NCBI RefSeq assembly: GCF_037042905.1
Contig: NC_087245.1
Location: forward strand, 28,584,001-28,648,000
Direction of reading: 5' to 3'
DNA length: 64,000 bases
Source of the DNA: Lytechinus pictus
Lineage: Eukaryota
Shown here: positions 24,261 to 39,100 of the stretch, piece after piece
Layout: each line of letters starts with the position of its first letter
Numbering within the stretch: position 1 is the stretch's first letter
Notes under the pieces: model-generated
Told to the model about the DNA's origin: nothing
Database searches by the model: none
What the model saw: the letters and a program-made list of their open reading frames with translations, nothing else
Position numbers and translations under genes: made by a program

Positions 24261-27200
24261 TATTAATAATATCGTTGATAATGTAAAATGTTTTACTAAA
24301 TATGGGGTCTGGTAATGTTAGTTTGCATCCAAGCGCAATAACCGCCTCCTTACATATGAAGTAACCTGTTCAAAAATCGATAACGAAAACGATTAATATT
24401 TGTTGGTGCAGTATGTAAATCCAAAATCGGTGATTGGGAAGAGATCTAGGTTTTTATGGGTTCTTATTTTGCTTAACTAATCACATTTAACCTATAGAAA
24501 ACTTAAAAGAAAAGAAATAAATTAAGAGTCATCGGCAGGAGTCCCAGTCGCGCGACAAGGCCCTCAGGCTGGGAAAAAGGGGGTGCTGCTGAAGCACTCC
24601 CCCAAGATTTTCCTAGGGGGTGCTGCATGTATTATTTATTTTCCATAGGCAGCACCCCTGGAATTTCTGAAATAGGAGGAATGTATGGAAAACGACCAAA
24701 CATTTTTGCTGACACAAAGACCGAGTAAGAACAAGGTACATGGAACACTTCGAATAGCACCCTGCGTACGTGACCCAAAAATTTGTCATTTCCCCGACAA
24801 GCGTCAGTCCAACAGTCCCCTGCGCTTGTAGCGCATTAACTTTGTCGAGTATTTAAATTATGAACTTTAGACAAGTACATTTTTTAAACAATCTGCTGAT
24901 AAGTCATTAAGACATTTATAAATAAATATTCACCTACTATTCTTTTCTTAAAAGGCATTAATCTTATATGAGCAAATATTCATTAGAGGGGTATATATTT
25001 TAGTTTAAAACGAGTCTCGCCGCTGCTCTCTTTTGCAACTTATATTAGTCAACTTATCAATTTGACCTAAATATCTATTCCCCCAAATTTCACAACAGTT
25101 ATCCAATTTGTGTTTGAATGCAAGAGACATAAATATAATAATTTCATAGATGCTTCATCAACATATGGTTTGACTCTTCTGAGCATGGCATGTCCTGCAA
25201 ATATCTTTCTACATAATGTATGTAGTCTACATGATTGCACCATAACAAATTACACCAATACATTTAGAACTATTACACTTTTCAATCAATCAATCAATCA
25301 ATCAACCAATCAATCTATCTATCTTTCATCCTTCCTTTCTTCCTTCCTTTCTTTTTTTAAATTTCTTTCTTTCTCTCCCTCTCTCTTTCTTTCTCTCTCC
25401 CTCCCTCTCCCTCTCTTTCTGAATTCATAAAAAAACTTCACAAACATTGCATTGACCCCTGCACACTTTCCTTCAAAATACATGTAATAATAGACAACAA
25501 GAAGGATATAGATATACATTATTATAATATCCACAATTTATTACATATATCCTACATATCTGATATAAATACTACATTTTGTACACAATTTTTCCTGGAT
25601 TTCTTGGCAATGCTGGTCTTTGTTTTTACAATCAATAACACACAAAATATCCTATCATTATCTGCCTTATAACAAATTTAATCGCCTGGCTTAATTGAGA
25701 GGCACTATTGCCATTTGCAAGTCAGTTTTAGCCTAATTTCATTTATCAGGAGTATCAGTCCTTGTGTAAAGCCTGCACACACTATTATATGACTCCGATA
25801 CAATGCAATTTTTGCATTACATGTGAACTTTCCAAATATATTGTTTTATTTGAAGTTCGGTATAATGCTGGGTGGCTGAAATTGCTTTGCTGCAAGCCTT
25901 GTGGTAAAACCCATACTGGCTTCAACTCTCAGTTGATGTCGTCATTAGGATATATATATGAAATTAAAGTGAATTTGATTTTATTCCTACGGGGAGGTTC
26001 GAAATATAGACTGGAATGTTCATTGCAGTATTTAAACCACTATTCGTAACATTGATCGTTAAGAATTATAGGCTGGATTGTTAATGTCAAATTACAATTT
26101 ATTTGAAAATCGTATGGCAATAATAGATCATGTCGTGTGTGCCAGGCTTAAGTACAGTGCATGGATATACTTCTAACTCTCAAAAGCATGCATGCTAGTA
26201 AAAATACATACCTTGATTTAACAATATTCACATATAACAGTTAGAAGGCTTTCGGGCAAGCTATGTACGGTATAAATGCAAATATACATAACAGGGCAAT
26301 ATAAAAATCGAATTAGTACAAAAAATGCGAGCACAAATGACAGTTTAGTCACTTATTTTAATGTTATTCATCTCTCTTACTTATATTTTTCAGCATCCCT
26401 GTTCTCTCACTCAATATCAATTTTTAAGCGACACCTTTTTTAAGCAACAATGCAATTTGTATAAAGCACATTCAATGTTCATATATCAAAATATAAAAAT
26501 AAGATATTTATATTTCAAGTATGTCTACACTCAGAATATTTTTATAAAATCTTTATTTAACATATAAAAATGTAGAAGATATATATATATATTTTTAATT
26601 TTGTATTTGTTACCCATTTCTTTAAACTCATCTGACTTGTCATGAGAGGGGGGGGGGAGGCAATATCTAAACAGAAATGCAATCTTTGTATTCTATTTCA
26701 CACATATTTCAATTTCTTATCTTGAAAAATATTTGTGAATTATACAACAGCATCTTACCAAAAAGCCAAAAATCCCTTAGAAATTCTGCCTACATTGGCA
26801 ATATGAGATACAAGGATGAAACTTATTTTTGTTCAAATCGATAAGTCATATTAAAGAAAAGAAAGAAATGTGACACCTCTTGTTCTCCACAGCAAAAGTT
26901 GACTATAAAAGAGTGACATGAATCTATTCACTTTGATCCCAGGGAAATAAAAAAAAAAGTAGATATGTTTGATCAAGACTCATTATAATTTTGTGTGTGT
27001 TTGTCAATAATGCGCAAAATGTTTGTTACAAATATAACTGCACTGCATCAGTATAATAGCTATAAGATGCATATTATAATTGTTTTGTCTGTTTTGTTTG
27101 CCTTTATAACACCAAAAAGTAATATAAAGAACCCATTTTCAATGCAAGCAGGAAAAACCAAATTGAATAACAAGCATATGACATAGGAGTAAGTATGTAC

Positions 27201-27345
27201 AGAGTTAGCTCATCGCCATAATTCTTTCAAGATTTTCATTAATTTCTCAGGGTTGTCTTACAGATGATGTACAAAAAAGCTAAAATCAGCTTAAGAGCTG
27301 AACTCTGACACCCATACTAAAGCATTCTGACATTATAAAATGAAA

Positions 27346-27346
<1 letters not shown>

Positions 27347-27385
<39 letters not shown>

Positions 27386-27412
27386 TTTCATCTATATATA
27401 TATATTTATATT
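27347..27412. repeat. (TA)n microsatellite
   Basis: Directly visible. Confidence 0.9.
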
Positions 27413-28409
27413 TATCACCAGCCCAGCTCAACTTAGACAAATTCTGGCCCTATTTTCTCTGTTTTCATTCTGACAAGTACTTCACTGCTTATACGAAACT
27501 TTCATGTAATATTTTCACTTTTTTTTACATATTCTACAGAAATGATCAGGGAAAGTTTCATGAAGATCATTGTCAGTGATTTTCATTGACAGATTTGCTT
27601 TCAACCAATCAGGAACACAGATTTCAATAGCTTATAAAATTTGTTGGTTAAAATCACTTGAACATTGCTTCATGAAATTTTCCTCTGATTTTTTCAATTT
27701 GATCTTTCTTCTCGCTACATGATTCATTTTATCCCTGTCATTGTGCACTTGTTCCGATTTCCTATATATGGGTGCCTGTTTAAACACAGTAAATAATAAA
27801 AATAACTTGTATCAAACTTTTGTTACCATTCTGATTTGTTCTTTCGAAACCCTCATGCGTCATGAACGTTATATTCAGTTTCTCCCTGAATGAAGATACA
27901 AGAGAATGTTCTTTGAAAGACCCCAAACATACTATGTGCATGTGAGACAATAAAAAGTAATTTACCTCAGTATTAAGTCCAATTAATCAAAAACAAAATG
28001 ATATGCTGTGAAATTTATCATCTAACAGTATAATTAATGATCATTTGATATTGACTAGTATGATACAAAATACCCACCTATATTACCCGAGCTGACACCA
28101 ATATTGCTCAAGCTGTAGGCAAGGGCAATATTGGATTTCAGAGCGGAACAGTCTGAGTTGATCAAATATTAGAGGAATGGGCCATTGTGCATTACAAACA
28201 TGTCCCTCAAAATCCCATGTCTAATCGGGGCCTTGTGATATAAAGCTTTGTGACTGATCATGGGGGCTGATTGTTATGAATAATCACACAATGCAATCAA
28301 TCATAGAAATCAGCCTCATTATTAATCACCAAGGTTTAAGTTGACGAAGCCCAGATCATTCTCGTGTCATTGACCAAAAGATGACAAAATCCCAGTACTG
28401 CATTATCAA

Positions 28410-28937
28410 AGGACAAGCCCACCCCAACAAAAAGTTGATTTGAATAAAAAGAGAAAAATCCAACACAGCACTGAAAACTTTATCAAAATCGGTTGGAAAA
28501 TAAAGTTTCACTTAATTTCAAAGAACAGGTATATGCACATCCTGGTCGGTATGCAAATGAGGAAACTGATGACATCACTCACTCACTATCTCCTTTGTAT
28601 TTTATAATATGAAATATTCTTATTATCTCCTCATTGTCCTGTGAAACAAAGTTTTATTTTTCCCTGAACATGTGGAATTAGCTGATTGTTTACCATGTAA
28701 TGGTTAAGTCAAGTTGGTCTTTATTTTCATAAATGTAAAAATTGAAATATTGTGTAATTCAAACAATAAAAACAAAAGAAATAGTGAATGAGGGACATCA
28801 TCAATTCGCTCATTTACATGTGATTAAATTGTGCATATAACTATTTTGCGAAAAACAAGCGAAACTTCAATATATCATAACTTTCTTTTTTTACATCGGA
28901 TTTTGATGACATTTTTAGCATTATGCTTAAATGACCT
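28410..28937. mobile_element. TTAA-flanked MITE (AGG...CCT termini, Kolobok-like) copy 1
   Basis: Starts TCAA-AGGACAAG, ends GACCT-TTAA; collinear with 56138-56690 over about 500 bp. Confidence 0.7.
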
Positions 28938-28989
28938 TTAATATGTCCATTCACATAGCTCTATGCAGACTCTATTGCCCTCAACACAT

Positions 28990-29230
28990 GGTATTATATT
29001 ATTACTCTGGTTGTAGCTGAGCAGTCTAAAACAGGTGCTACAGCTATATCACAGCCATGGCATAATTTGAGGTAAACAGTAGAATTGATTCCTTGAATGC
29101 AGGGAGCACTGAGGATAAAGTGGTAGCTTGGGCTAAACCCAGGGTAATAATAGTTGCACTTTGTATCCTCTGTCAAAAAGTGCTATATAAATCAAGTTAT
29201 TATTATTATTATTATAATCATCATTATTAT
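28990..29230 (+). mobile_element. SINE/LINE-like fragment with L2-type tail
   Basis: Ends AAAGTGCTATATAAATCAAG(TTA)n. Similar tails occur at about 36160-36230 (+) and 33945-33990 (-). Confidence 0.45.
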
Positions 29231-30163
29231 ATGAATAATTCAATAAATAGTTTACTTTAATAGAAACTCTCAAGATTTAAATGCAAAGGTTTCCTGTTTC
29301 TAAGGTGACATCAGGCAGGTTTCTCAAAGAAAATTTAAACCCAAGCAAATAATACAATATATTTCATGAGATTAGATAGATGTGACAAATTGTCAGGCAT
29401 ATCTTTCAGACAAGTCTTATTCCTGAAAAAAAAAAAAAAAAAAAGAAGTTCAGGCATAGCAACAAGCAGTGGGGGATACTAAAAAAATTTGAAAAGCCGG
29501 GCAAAGTTATTGACTTCTGAATGATGATATTACATAAAGTGACACAGCTTTTACACAAGAATTCTAAATATACATAAGTTATGAAAATGTACAAAGTGAT
29601 TTATTATATATCGGATAGACAACGATTCTAGAGGAAATATACATTAAGATATTTATACAAAGGCTTACATGTATGAATAATTCCCATGAATAACAACTAA
29701 ATCAATGCAATAAATACTAGGTAGAAAATGACATAGATCCAACACAAGTATATTGTTGATTATGAATGAGCAGAGTGAATACAGATTTTGGAGAATAGGT
29801 GATTTACACTTCCTTGAATACATCTTCCATAGAAGGCGTGTGTTATGAGGTATATACATATGGAATGATGAGAAAGGATTAGAGGTGGCATGACTGTCAA
29901 TCTGACATTGGAATAGAATAGTACAGAGCAATAAAAGTACACAATGAAGTTTGGAATGTATGAAAAAAAAAAGGTGGAAATAGCAGCAAGCTGTGCTGGA
30001 ATCGAAGGTGACGATGAATGCGGTGGGGAGTCGTAAAGGAAGCGAAGGGAATGGAAAAAAATAGATTATCGCCGAGATAGAACAAGATTGACAGGTATCA
30101 TAGAATTGCATGGTTTATCTTTAAGAAGAGTCTTTTGTTAAGTCTTGTGAACCTGAATGACTA

Positions 30164-33100
30164 TCATGCAGCCACCTCTCCTTCTCTGGCCTCAGGGTCT
30201 GCGGCATTGTCAACATCCTTCAGAGGCACAGATTGTTCATTATCTCTGGATTCTGAGGGATCATTAGGCTGCTCACCCTTGCTTTCAAGTGGAGTGTTTC
30301 TGTCAGCAGGTGACTGGGATGGTTCAGTATCACCTATAGGGGAGGCAGGCTTATTAGGTTCCGATGCTGGAGGTTCAGGGTTTGTAGGGGCACCTTCCGC
30401 AGCTGATGCTGGAGGGTTGGGGCTTGCGGAAGCACCTTTTGTAGCATTGTCCTTTGGAGGAGCAGAAGCACTTTGTGGCCTGGAGTCAGAGTCTTTGATA
30501 GGAGATTGGGCTGATTCAATATTGTCAGGGGGTGTGGGGTCACTCTGGGGTGCAGGTGAGTGGGGACTTGGTGCTGGTTGATCAGCAAGTTGATCATCCC
30601 CACTTTCAGGTGGAATGTCCCTGCTGGCAGGTCTTGAGCTAACATTTTGAGTGGGTGATTGGGCTTGGGCATTGCTTGCTGCAGGAGGTGGCAAATCTTG
30701 CTCCGAGGGTGGAGGTCGAGGAGTTGATGGACCTTCTACATTTTGACCACCCCCACTGACCGGTCTTGGGCTAGCATTCTGAACAGGTGATTGAGTTTGT
30801 CCGTTTTCAACAGGTGGCAAAGGTGGTACATTCGCCTCCAAAGTTGTTTCTACATTTTGACCATCCACACTGCTCGGTCTAGAGGTTTCACCCTGAATAG
30901 GCGACCTTGTTTGTCCATTTTCAACAGCTGGGGATGATGGCACATTCTGCTCTGACTCTACAGGTTTGGGAGTTTCAGTGGCTTCTACATTTTGTTTATC
31001 TTCGATGGGAGGTTGACCGTCCCCAGTGACCGGTTGCAGGTTATTGTTCTCAACGGGTGACTGCGAGTGTCCATTGTCTACAACTGGAGAGGCTGGAGTT
31101 TGCTGAGGTTGAGGCGTGAGTGAGGATTCTTCATTTTGGCCATTTCCACTAACTGGCCTTGGGCTATTGTTCTCAACCGCTGACTGAACCTGTCCACTTT
31201 GCTCAGCGGGGGAGGGTGACGCTTGGGGACTTGGAGCCGAACCTACCACCTCCCCACTCTGACTCTGAGGCCTGCTTTCTACACCATTGCTAACAATCTC
31301 CTTGGGAGTTACACTTCTTTTGCGGCTTCCTGCGGGAGAAGGCGGCACGCTTCGTTTGGACGCCGGTGGGTGAGGGCTCATTCTCGACTGACCCTCCCTG
31401 CTGTGTAATGAACTCTTCCGACTGGATGTCCTTTCATTTTTCACAATAGGAGTATTGACTCTTCCACTGGGGTTGGCGGGGGATGCGGGGGGTAAACTCT
31501 CTTGTTTAAGAGAAGGGGCAGGGCTCTCTGTTGGTTGATCTGGTGGAAATTCCCTGCTCTCTGCATTGTTGCTGTTGTTCTCATTGGGTGATTGTGCTCC
31601 TTTGTTGCTGGCGGGACGGGACACTGGTAGGTCATCATCGGCTCCATTCATGATAGGGGATATCTTGCCAGCGATTTGGTCTTCATTCTGCAAATTGGAA
31701 AGAAATTATGAAAAAAGCCTTTAATAAAAAGTTCACTGAATATCTCAAAATAAGCGTGTCAATCAAAATCAACATGTTGCATGGCCATTACAGATGTCTT
31801 TATGAATTTTTTTTTTAAATCATGAATTCCAATTTGCAAATTATTTCACCTGTAGTTTCAAATCAAATCAAATCAAACTTAAACAAAGCAATGAAAAAAA
31901 AAGGGTTAACTAATTTTGGTGCTGATAAGACAATGATAATACTGATTTTAAGAACATGCATTTGACAGCATTCATAGCTGTGAAATTGTTTTGACCAAGA
32001 TAGTTTAAAGGAAAATACACAATGGCAATCATAATTTCTTTGATAGAATATGCAAACAAAATGAGGAAAATTATGGCATTTTTAATAGTTTGTGCATGAA
32101 GCAATGCAAAACACAGAATGATGAACTGTAATGGTTAATGATACATCATACTCACATGAAGATGATTGTGGACAAAATATGAATTAGTTTAAGATATCAT
32201 TCAAGTCATAATTAAGAACAAGTAATTAGCATCACAGATTAAAACAAAAAGAAAAGAAGAAATGTTAATTAAGCAAAGGAATACAGCATGAAGCAACCTA
32301 CATGTACTAGTAAAAAAGAGAAATATATCTCCCTAAGATGAAAATCATGTTCATTCCAAAAGATCTATTTTGTAAATATACGAATACAAATTTATTGCAA
32401 AGATAAAGAAGTAAAACAGTTTTAAAATCATTAAATTCTAATTCCAAACCTTTCTATGTAGGTAGAGATACCGAAGAATTAAAAAGAATCTTGTAATTCA
32501 ATACTCAGATTTCTATATATATGTATTAGGATTTGGCAAAACTTGTGTTTTGAAACTAGATACATGTATGTAATTGAACAGGTAAAATCCACAGCAATAA
32601 CCCCAAATCAGTCTACATGTATAGCTGGAAAGACATAGATCATATTGGACCCTCTTCTAAAATCTCAATACCAAAGCCTAATATTAGATGTATCAGAAAA
32701 GTAAAGATTATGAACAGTCCCACACATTGAAAATATCCACCTTAAAAATCAGTGGCTATGTAGACTACAGTAAAACATGAAACTCAACGAAAAACAAAAA
32801 AGGATGCAGCCATAAAAACAAGTTCGAAGGAATAGGCAATAATCTGCGCAAATAAGCTTTCGTACATGAAATTACAGAAAAATATGAACATGAAACTGAC
32901 TTTTCCGAACAAACAGTTCGGATTTATCATGCAAGTAGGAACCAACGTTTACTTTGTATAGCAGCACTTGAGGGAATCACACAAATTGGTTCCCTATTTC
33001 CTCCTCCTTTCACTTGGTACACTACTGCACATACAAAGCAACGAGTGGTTCCCAAAACCAAGATTTGGCCAACAATTATAACTATAAACATAGCAGTGCA

Positions 33101-36100
33101 GAAAATTTTTATAGAAAGCAAAAGGTTAAGATAAGACAAAACAATCTGTAAAACATCATCAATTTCTGTATATTTGATTGCGTAAATGAACTGAATTTTC
33201 TGGGCATCCATTAAGATTCAACATAAAAATATATACTTAAGGATCTCCAATAACAGCTAATAATTATTCTTTGTGACCGAAGCCTTATCTGTATGCAATT
33301 ATATTTCTAACATGAGCAAAGTGCAAGAGAATTGATGATTTTCACAAGATTGTTGCTTGAACAGAACATTTCAACCCATGCTCTTAACACCACTTAAATC
33401 TTACACATGGTCTTCATCTGTTTTCAAATATCTTTTAAAATGTGTTTCAGTAAGAAAGATGCACATGAAATGTCACCATGCAATTAAGTCTGGGAAGCTT
33501 TTCATAAACAATTTTGGTCTCACATGTCAAATCTGACAATTTTCATTTTTTTATATATTTCCTGACAAGCACAGTACCTATGGTAACTGTCGAATTAAAA
33601 AATAATTTGTTTCCTTCCATGAAATACTCCCATGGATACCCATAATCAAAACACAGATTTAGACCATGATTTTTAGTTACAACCAAGTTCAGAATAGAGA
33701 TCTAAGAGGTAGGGTTAGTCATTCAGTCACCCACCACACAGCAAATCAACGTCAAAACCAACAAACCACCGAGTCACACCTGTTAGGAGGTTAAAAGCCA
33801 GTAAAATGTTTAAGCGTGGCGTGGCGTCATCATACCGTATTCTCACCTAGGTCATCAGTCAGGAAAGCATTAGGCTGCTTGGAGGGATTGACCGGCCAGG
33901 AAAGAAGGAAAATATCGGCTTTAGTTTAAGACTCATGACAGATCATGATAATAATAATAATAATATGCAACGTTTATATAGTGCTTTAATAACCCAAAGA
34001 GGTAAAACAGATGCTTTTGCAGTTTCTGACTATTCTGAATGCCAGCAATCACATGTCTAATATGGTTAGAGAGAGAAAAATGTACTGAAAATGGATACCA
34101 TTCCAAGTGTAGTGCGTGGTGCTGTTCCTTTAATAATACAAGCCATTTAACTTTAAGAAGATCATCATTGATCATCATTGCACACTTTAAATTGGCAATG
34201 TGATGAAAAAGAAATCTTTAAAAAAATGCAAATTGGCAACTTTTAGGTAAAGTTATTCTTCTATATCAAATTTATGTCATGTATTTTCAAAATGTGAAAA
34301 TAAATAGAATCAATTATCAATAATCATTATTGCCAATTTGAGGAGTACAATATGATTAATTTTGAACTTGTGAAAGCTGTCTACCTCTTTAATTTAATAC
34401 AGATGTTTCTAGATCAAAATAAACTTAAGACTTAAAGGGCAATGTACCATGCAAAGTGAAAAATTTTAAATGCATTTGAGGATAATCAAAGTGCTGATGT
34501 ATGACAAGAGCAAAATCTTTTCTTTGCATGATGGAAAGTTAGATAACATAGGCTGCTGCTGAAGTTGCAATGTTGCTGCATTTGACCAAATTAGGCATTG
34601 AATTTGAACTTAAAAGATAATTGGTAACTTTATGAGGGCTTAACGAAATCTGAGCTGTTTTATCCTTTAACAAGATCACAGAAATACAACTTTGAATCAC
34701 TGAACCCAGAAAAATACAGTTATTAGTGAATCAAGCCTCCATAAAATTAACAATTAAATTGTATAAGTCAGTGCAAATTTTGTTTTGCTAATTTTTTGCA
34801 ATGGAAAAAAAATTACCTGCAAACCGATTGATATTCATAAAAAAATGTGAAGATGATTTCATTTCGAAGTGAAAGAATAATTAATGCATGCAGTAATGGA
34901 TGCGTGTACGACATGCAGGGATAGAACAAAATGGTGCAAAGTGGATAACTTACAATTGAATTGTTTGTTTCTCGTTCACATGAAATATATGGTTCCGTTA
35001 GGTTATCAAATAATATTCAGATGAAATTTGTGTATTTTTTTTTCTTTCATGCATGTTAACAGGTATGATAATGGGATGAATAAAGACTAAACTGATTGAA
35101 TACCTTCGCTGGGTGGAGGAAGGGGGCCATAACGGGGGTCTGTTGCACCCCTAGACCTTTGTTACCTAACAGGATGGTTACAAAGGAACAATTATAATGA
35201 GGTTGCCAAGACAACTAATCTGTTAGATTCACTAAAAGGGGCAAGGGGGTCTACAATATAGTACCTTATCATTTGAAATAGTGAAAACAAATTCTGCTCA
35301 TTTATCACAGGATAAGGATGAAGGTGTTAATAGCTATTATAAGACTTTGAATATACTTTAGTCATCTACATCCATGACAACATTTCAGTGGGTACGACTA
35401 TCAAATAAACGACTTTTTGTTCCAGGACTTGAATTTTTTTTTCATATCTTAAATTAAAAGATTTTTTTTCAACCTCTGAAGTTGAATGGTCAATGTGCAT
35501 AAAATTTGAAGAGACTGTGGAGTTATTGGCCATATTTATAAATTCCATGCGTGGATTTGAATGAATGATTATTTGAGTATATTAGATCAGTGAAGTGATT
35601 GGCAAACTGTTCCCAAACTGTATAAAGCAAAGAATATGGAAAGGGATCTGTTCCCAGGGTCTTTAGAAATGGCAGATGGTGGAAAGGACATGTTTTATGA
35701 CAGGGATAATGGCTGATAATAGGACGGGGAGGAGGAATGAAGATGCCTTAAGAACTGTCCAAAACACCCACCTGGTCCTCCTCCTTTTTCTCCTCCTGGG
35801 CTCCTCCTCTCTCCTGTGCTCCACCTACATTATCATCATCACCACCACGCCCATCATCACCACCATTGACCACCACATTATCATCTTCATTCACAGCGGG
35901 CGGGGCATCGTCTGGGATGGCTTCGGGTACCTCATCATCTTCGAGCATCCTCCCGACCATGTCCTCCTTCTCCTCCGGTGGCTTGGGACTGTCGTTTGAC
36001 TGCTGCTGTGCGGTGTCCTCATTCGCTCCTGGTTCTAGAAAGGACAAATAAAAAAGGGTGGATGTTACTCAAGCCACATGGGGAAGATTAGGTAAAGAAG

Positions 36101-39100
36101 AAAATGAACATAGCGTACACCTGATGGGAATATGCCAGGGTAATAATATCCAAGTCCTTTGGAAGCGCATAGGGACGTTATGACATACTAGTAATGTGAT
36201 ATGCGCTATACAAGGACTGCGTTATTATTAAATGACATGGGTTCTCTGAGCTAACTTGCACCTGAAATGCTCCCCAATAGCTGAATTCATATGACGCTTC
36301 TTTCCAGAGGATACACAACACAACTCTTATCATCGTTGCTTAAGTTTCAATTTGATTCAATTTTATTTTATTTCCATTCCACTCCATATAAAAATAGTAA
36401 CATCAACATAATACAAATATGATTATAAAAGTATAATATATATCACTACAATGATACAGATACAATCACATGATAAAAATGGAAATCGACTGCTTTATAA
36501 AGTCACAATAAAACCCTTTTTTTATTTGAAAAGCAAAATGAAAAATTGACTAAAATACTTACCAAGGTCATCTTCTTCCTCTACTTCTTCAGCAGCGACC
36601 TGGTCGATGGGGAGGTCGATTGCAGTCTCACCGGTCTCTTGGACCTCAGCTGCTCCCTTGGTTTCATTCCGTTCTTCTTTGGCCTTGAAAACACTGTCTG
36701 GATCTACAAGGGCAAGAAGAATCAAAATTAAAATAATTGTGGATGAAGGAATCTGGTGTCTGGCCCCATGCCTGCAAAACTAACATGTATAGCAAGTCTT
36801 GGGGGATTATATTAGATAATTAAATCAAAAACAAAGAGAGAAAAAAATCTATACATGCATATGGGAGGTATATCAGCTGAGCTAATAATAATCTGACACT
36901 CTAGGAATCCATATTCAATATTCAATATAGAGTGGATGCAACACATATCATGAAGAGCCTCGAGTTTGTACTGAATAGATATAAATGCACTTGTAGTCAT
37001 TTACGCATCATTACACATTCTCTTTCAAAATGTGCCAATATCCGCCAGAGATGAAATTAACTACATGTAAGAACAATAAACATGTACATTCTCAAGGTCA
37101 TGTGATTAACAGTACTTGCTCAGTAATTTGTCTGAAAGTCAATTGCTTTCTATCCATTTATTAAACATCTATGTTCTAACAGCATGTCAAGCCACTCAGG
37201 GATGACTGATTAATGATAACGAAGGAGTGACATCTATTGAAATGTTTCCAAACTAAAATTGCATCTCCAAGCAATTAGCGGGACAGACAAAGGGCACGTC
37301 CAGGGAAGCGTATCTTGAAAGTTGCCAGCACTGACTACATTTCGTCAGCTTTGACAATTTAGAAGGAATCCTTGATAAAGATATGATTGCCTGAGAAGCA
37401 CTGGTTTCTGACCGTTACCATGGTAACCTGGTAACTGCATCTATAAACAAAGTGCTTCAAATGGGATAATCACAGGAAACATCATTAGCATAAAATTTCA
37501 ATATTTTCACAGTGAAATAGTATAACCGTTTTATGTAAGCATGCTCTATTAATGATTTGAAGTTTTGCTAACACATGGACACAAATCGCACAAGGAAATT
37601 CTGCAATTTAGCCCCACAAAATAAAAGAAGTGGTCATGTGACACCATTCAACCAATCACGAGGCACAATCTATTCTAGAATACATGAAGCAACCGACTGA
37701 CCACAATCATACATGTAGTTGAATAAATAGTGATCTGCCATGTCCAATAAACTCCTCCTTCAGCTGAAGAAATCGCAAATATGTACAGGTATACATGTAT
37801 GTGCTCTCACACAAAGAGGAAAGAAATATACAATCACACTATTAACACTTTTTGTTTATGCTCTAGAGATGGACATCAGTCATCAACACTCTAATCAAAG
37901 TAGAGATGGATCGAATGACGTTTTGTTGATCAATTTTAAATGAGATTTTATTGAGTGAAATTGGGGGTTTGCTTTGAGTATTTGCAAGACACAACCTCGA
38001 ATGCCATTATCACCCTTGTTTACATAATTAATAAACAATGGAGAACAATATGACGTGATCAACCCAATACCATTTCCATCATCCCCACTTCCACAAGGCC
38101 AATGTCGATTGAACTTCCTACTCGGCAAACGTCATCTTTTTAATGAAACGTTTGAGATTTACAGGACATGCCTAATTATTATGATTGAAAGTGTGAATGG
38201 TGGGGGGGGGAGCAATAACTGTAAAATGAGGAGATGATCGTCAAGCAGCAGGGGTGATTAATGTCATAGCAATAACACCTCCACAAATTACAAAGAAAGG
38301 GTGAACAGAGCTGTATCAATTACCCACTGACGTGACAAATGGGACGGAAATACAAAATATCAATAGAAAGCACATATATGCGAAGCTCAGCAAGGTCATT
38401 CACATTCGGCAAAATAGGCCACTAATCAGCTTAGGACTACGTTTCTAATACATGCAATGTCAACAAACGATCTACATAGCAACAAGGCTGGACAGAGAAC
38501 ATGACTGGGCAACAGAAACGCGCATCTAACAGAGCAATAACTATCATTCTACATGTCGGCATCTACCTTGGGCTAAATGATCGATCTAATAATACAAAGT
38601 CAAAATGTGAGTAGCAGTCATTCAACTTGCAAAAAACACCCCAAAATATATTGTAGAACTTACCAGTTATTGAATTGGATTCTGATTCAGAGGGAATTTT
38701 AAATAGGATTGAAGAATATTTACTACACTTATCATTCAATAGATATCAGAGGGAAATATTACATGGGGGCTCCTGGCGATTTTGCCCTCCAAAATAATTA
38801 TCGTAAAATAAATTTTTCCTGATAGATATAGACAATAGATGTACAGAATACAAGGTCTTAAATTGTTACCCCCAAAGTTTCCAAAACCTGGGGGGAAAGA
38901 TCATTTGTTCATTCATCCTCCAAGTTATGGAATAGCCTCCCCGAAAACATTTAACAGTGCTTGACCTCTGAAACTTACAAACAATACCTTAAAACATTTC
39001 TTTTCAATTCTTCTTAATTTCCTTTATAATTTCCTAAAAAAGCGCCTTGAGCACTCTACAGAGTGGATTTGGTGCAATATAAGTCTAATTATTATTATTA

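Noticed and set aside
30135..30672. Antisense and alternate-frame ORFs over the DCDC2 last exon
   Set aside because: Shadow frames of the real coding exon.
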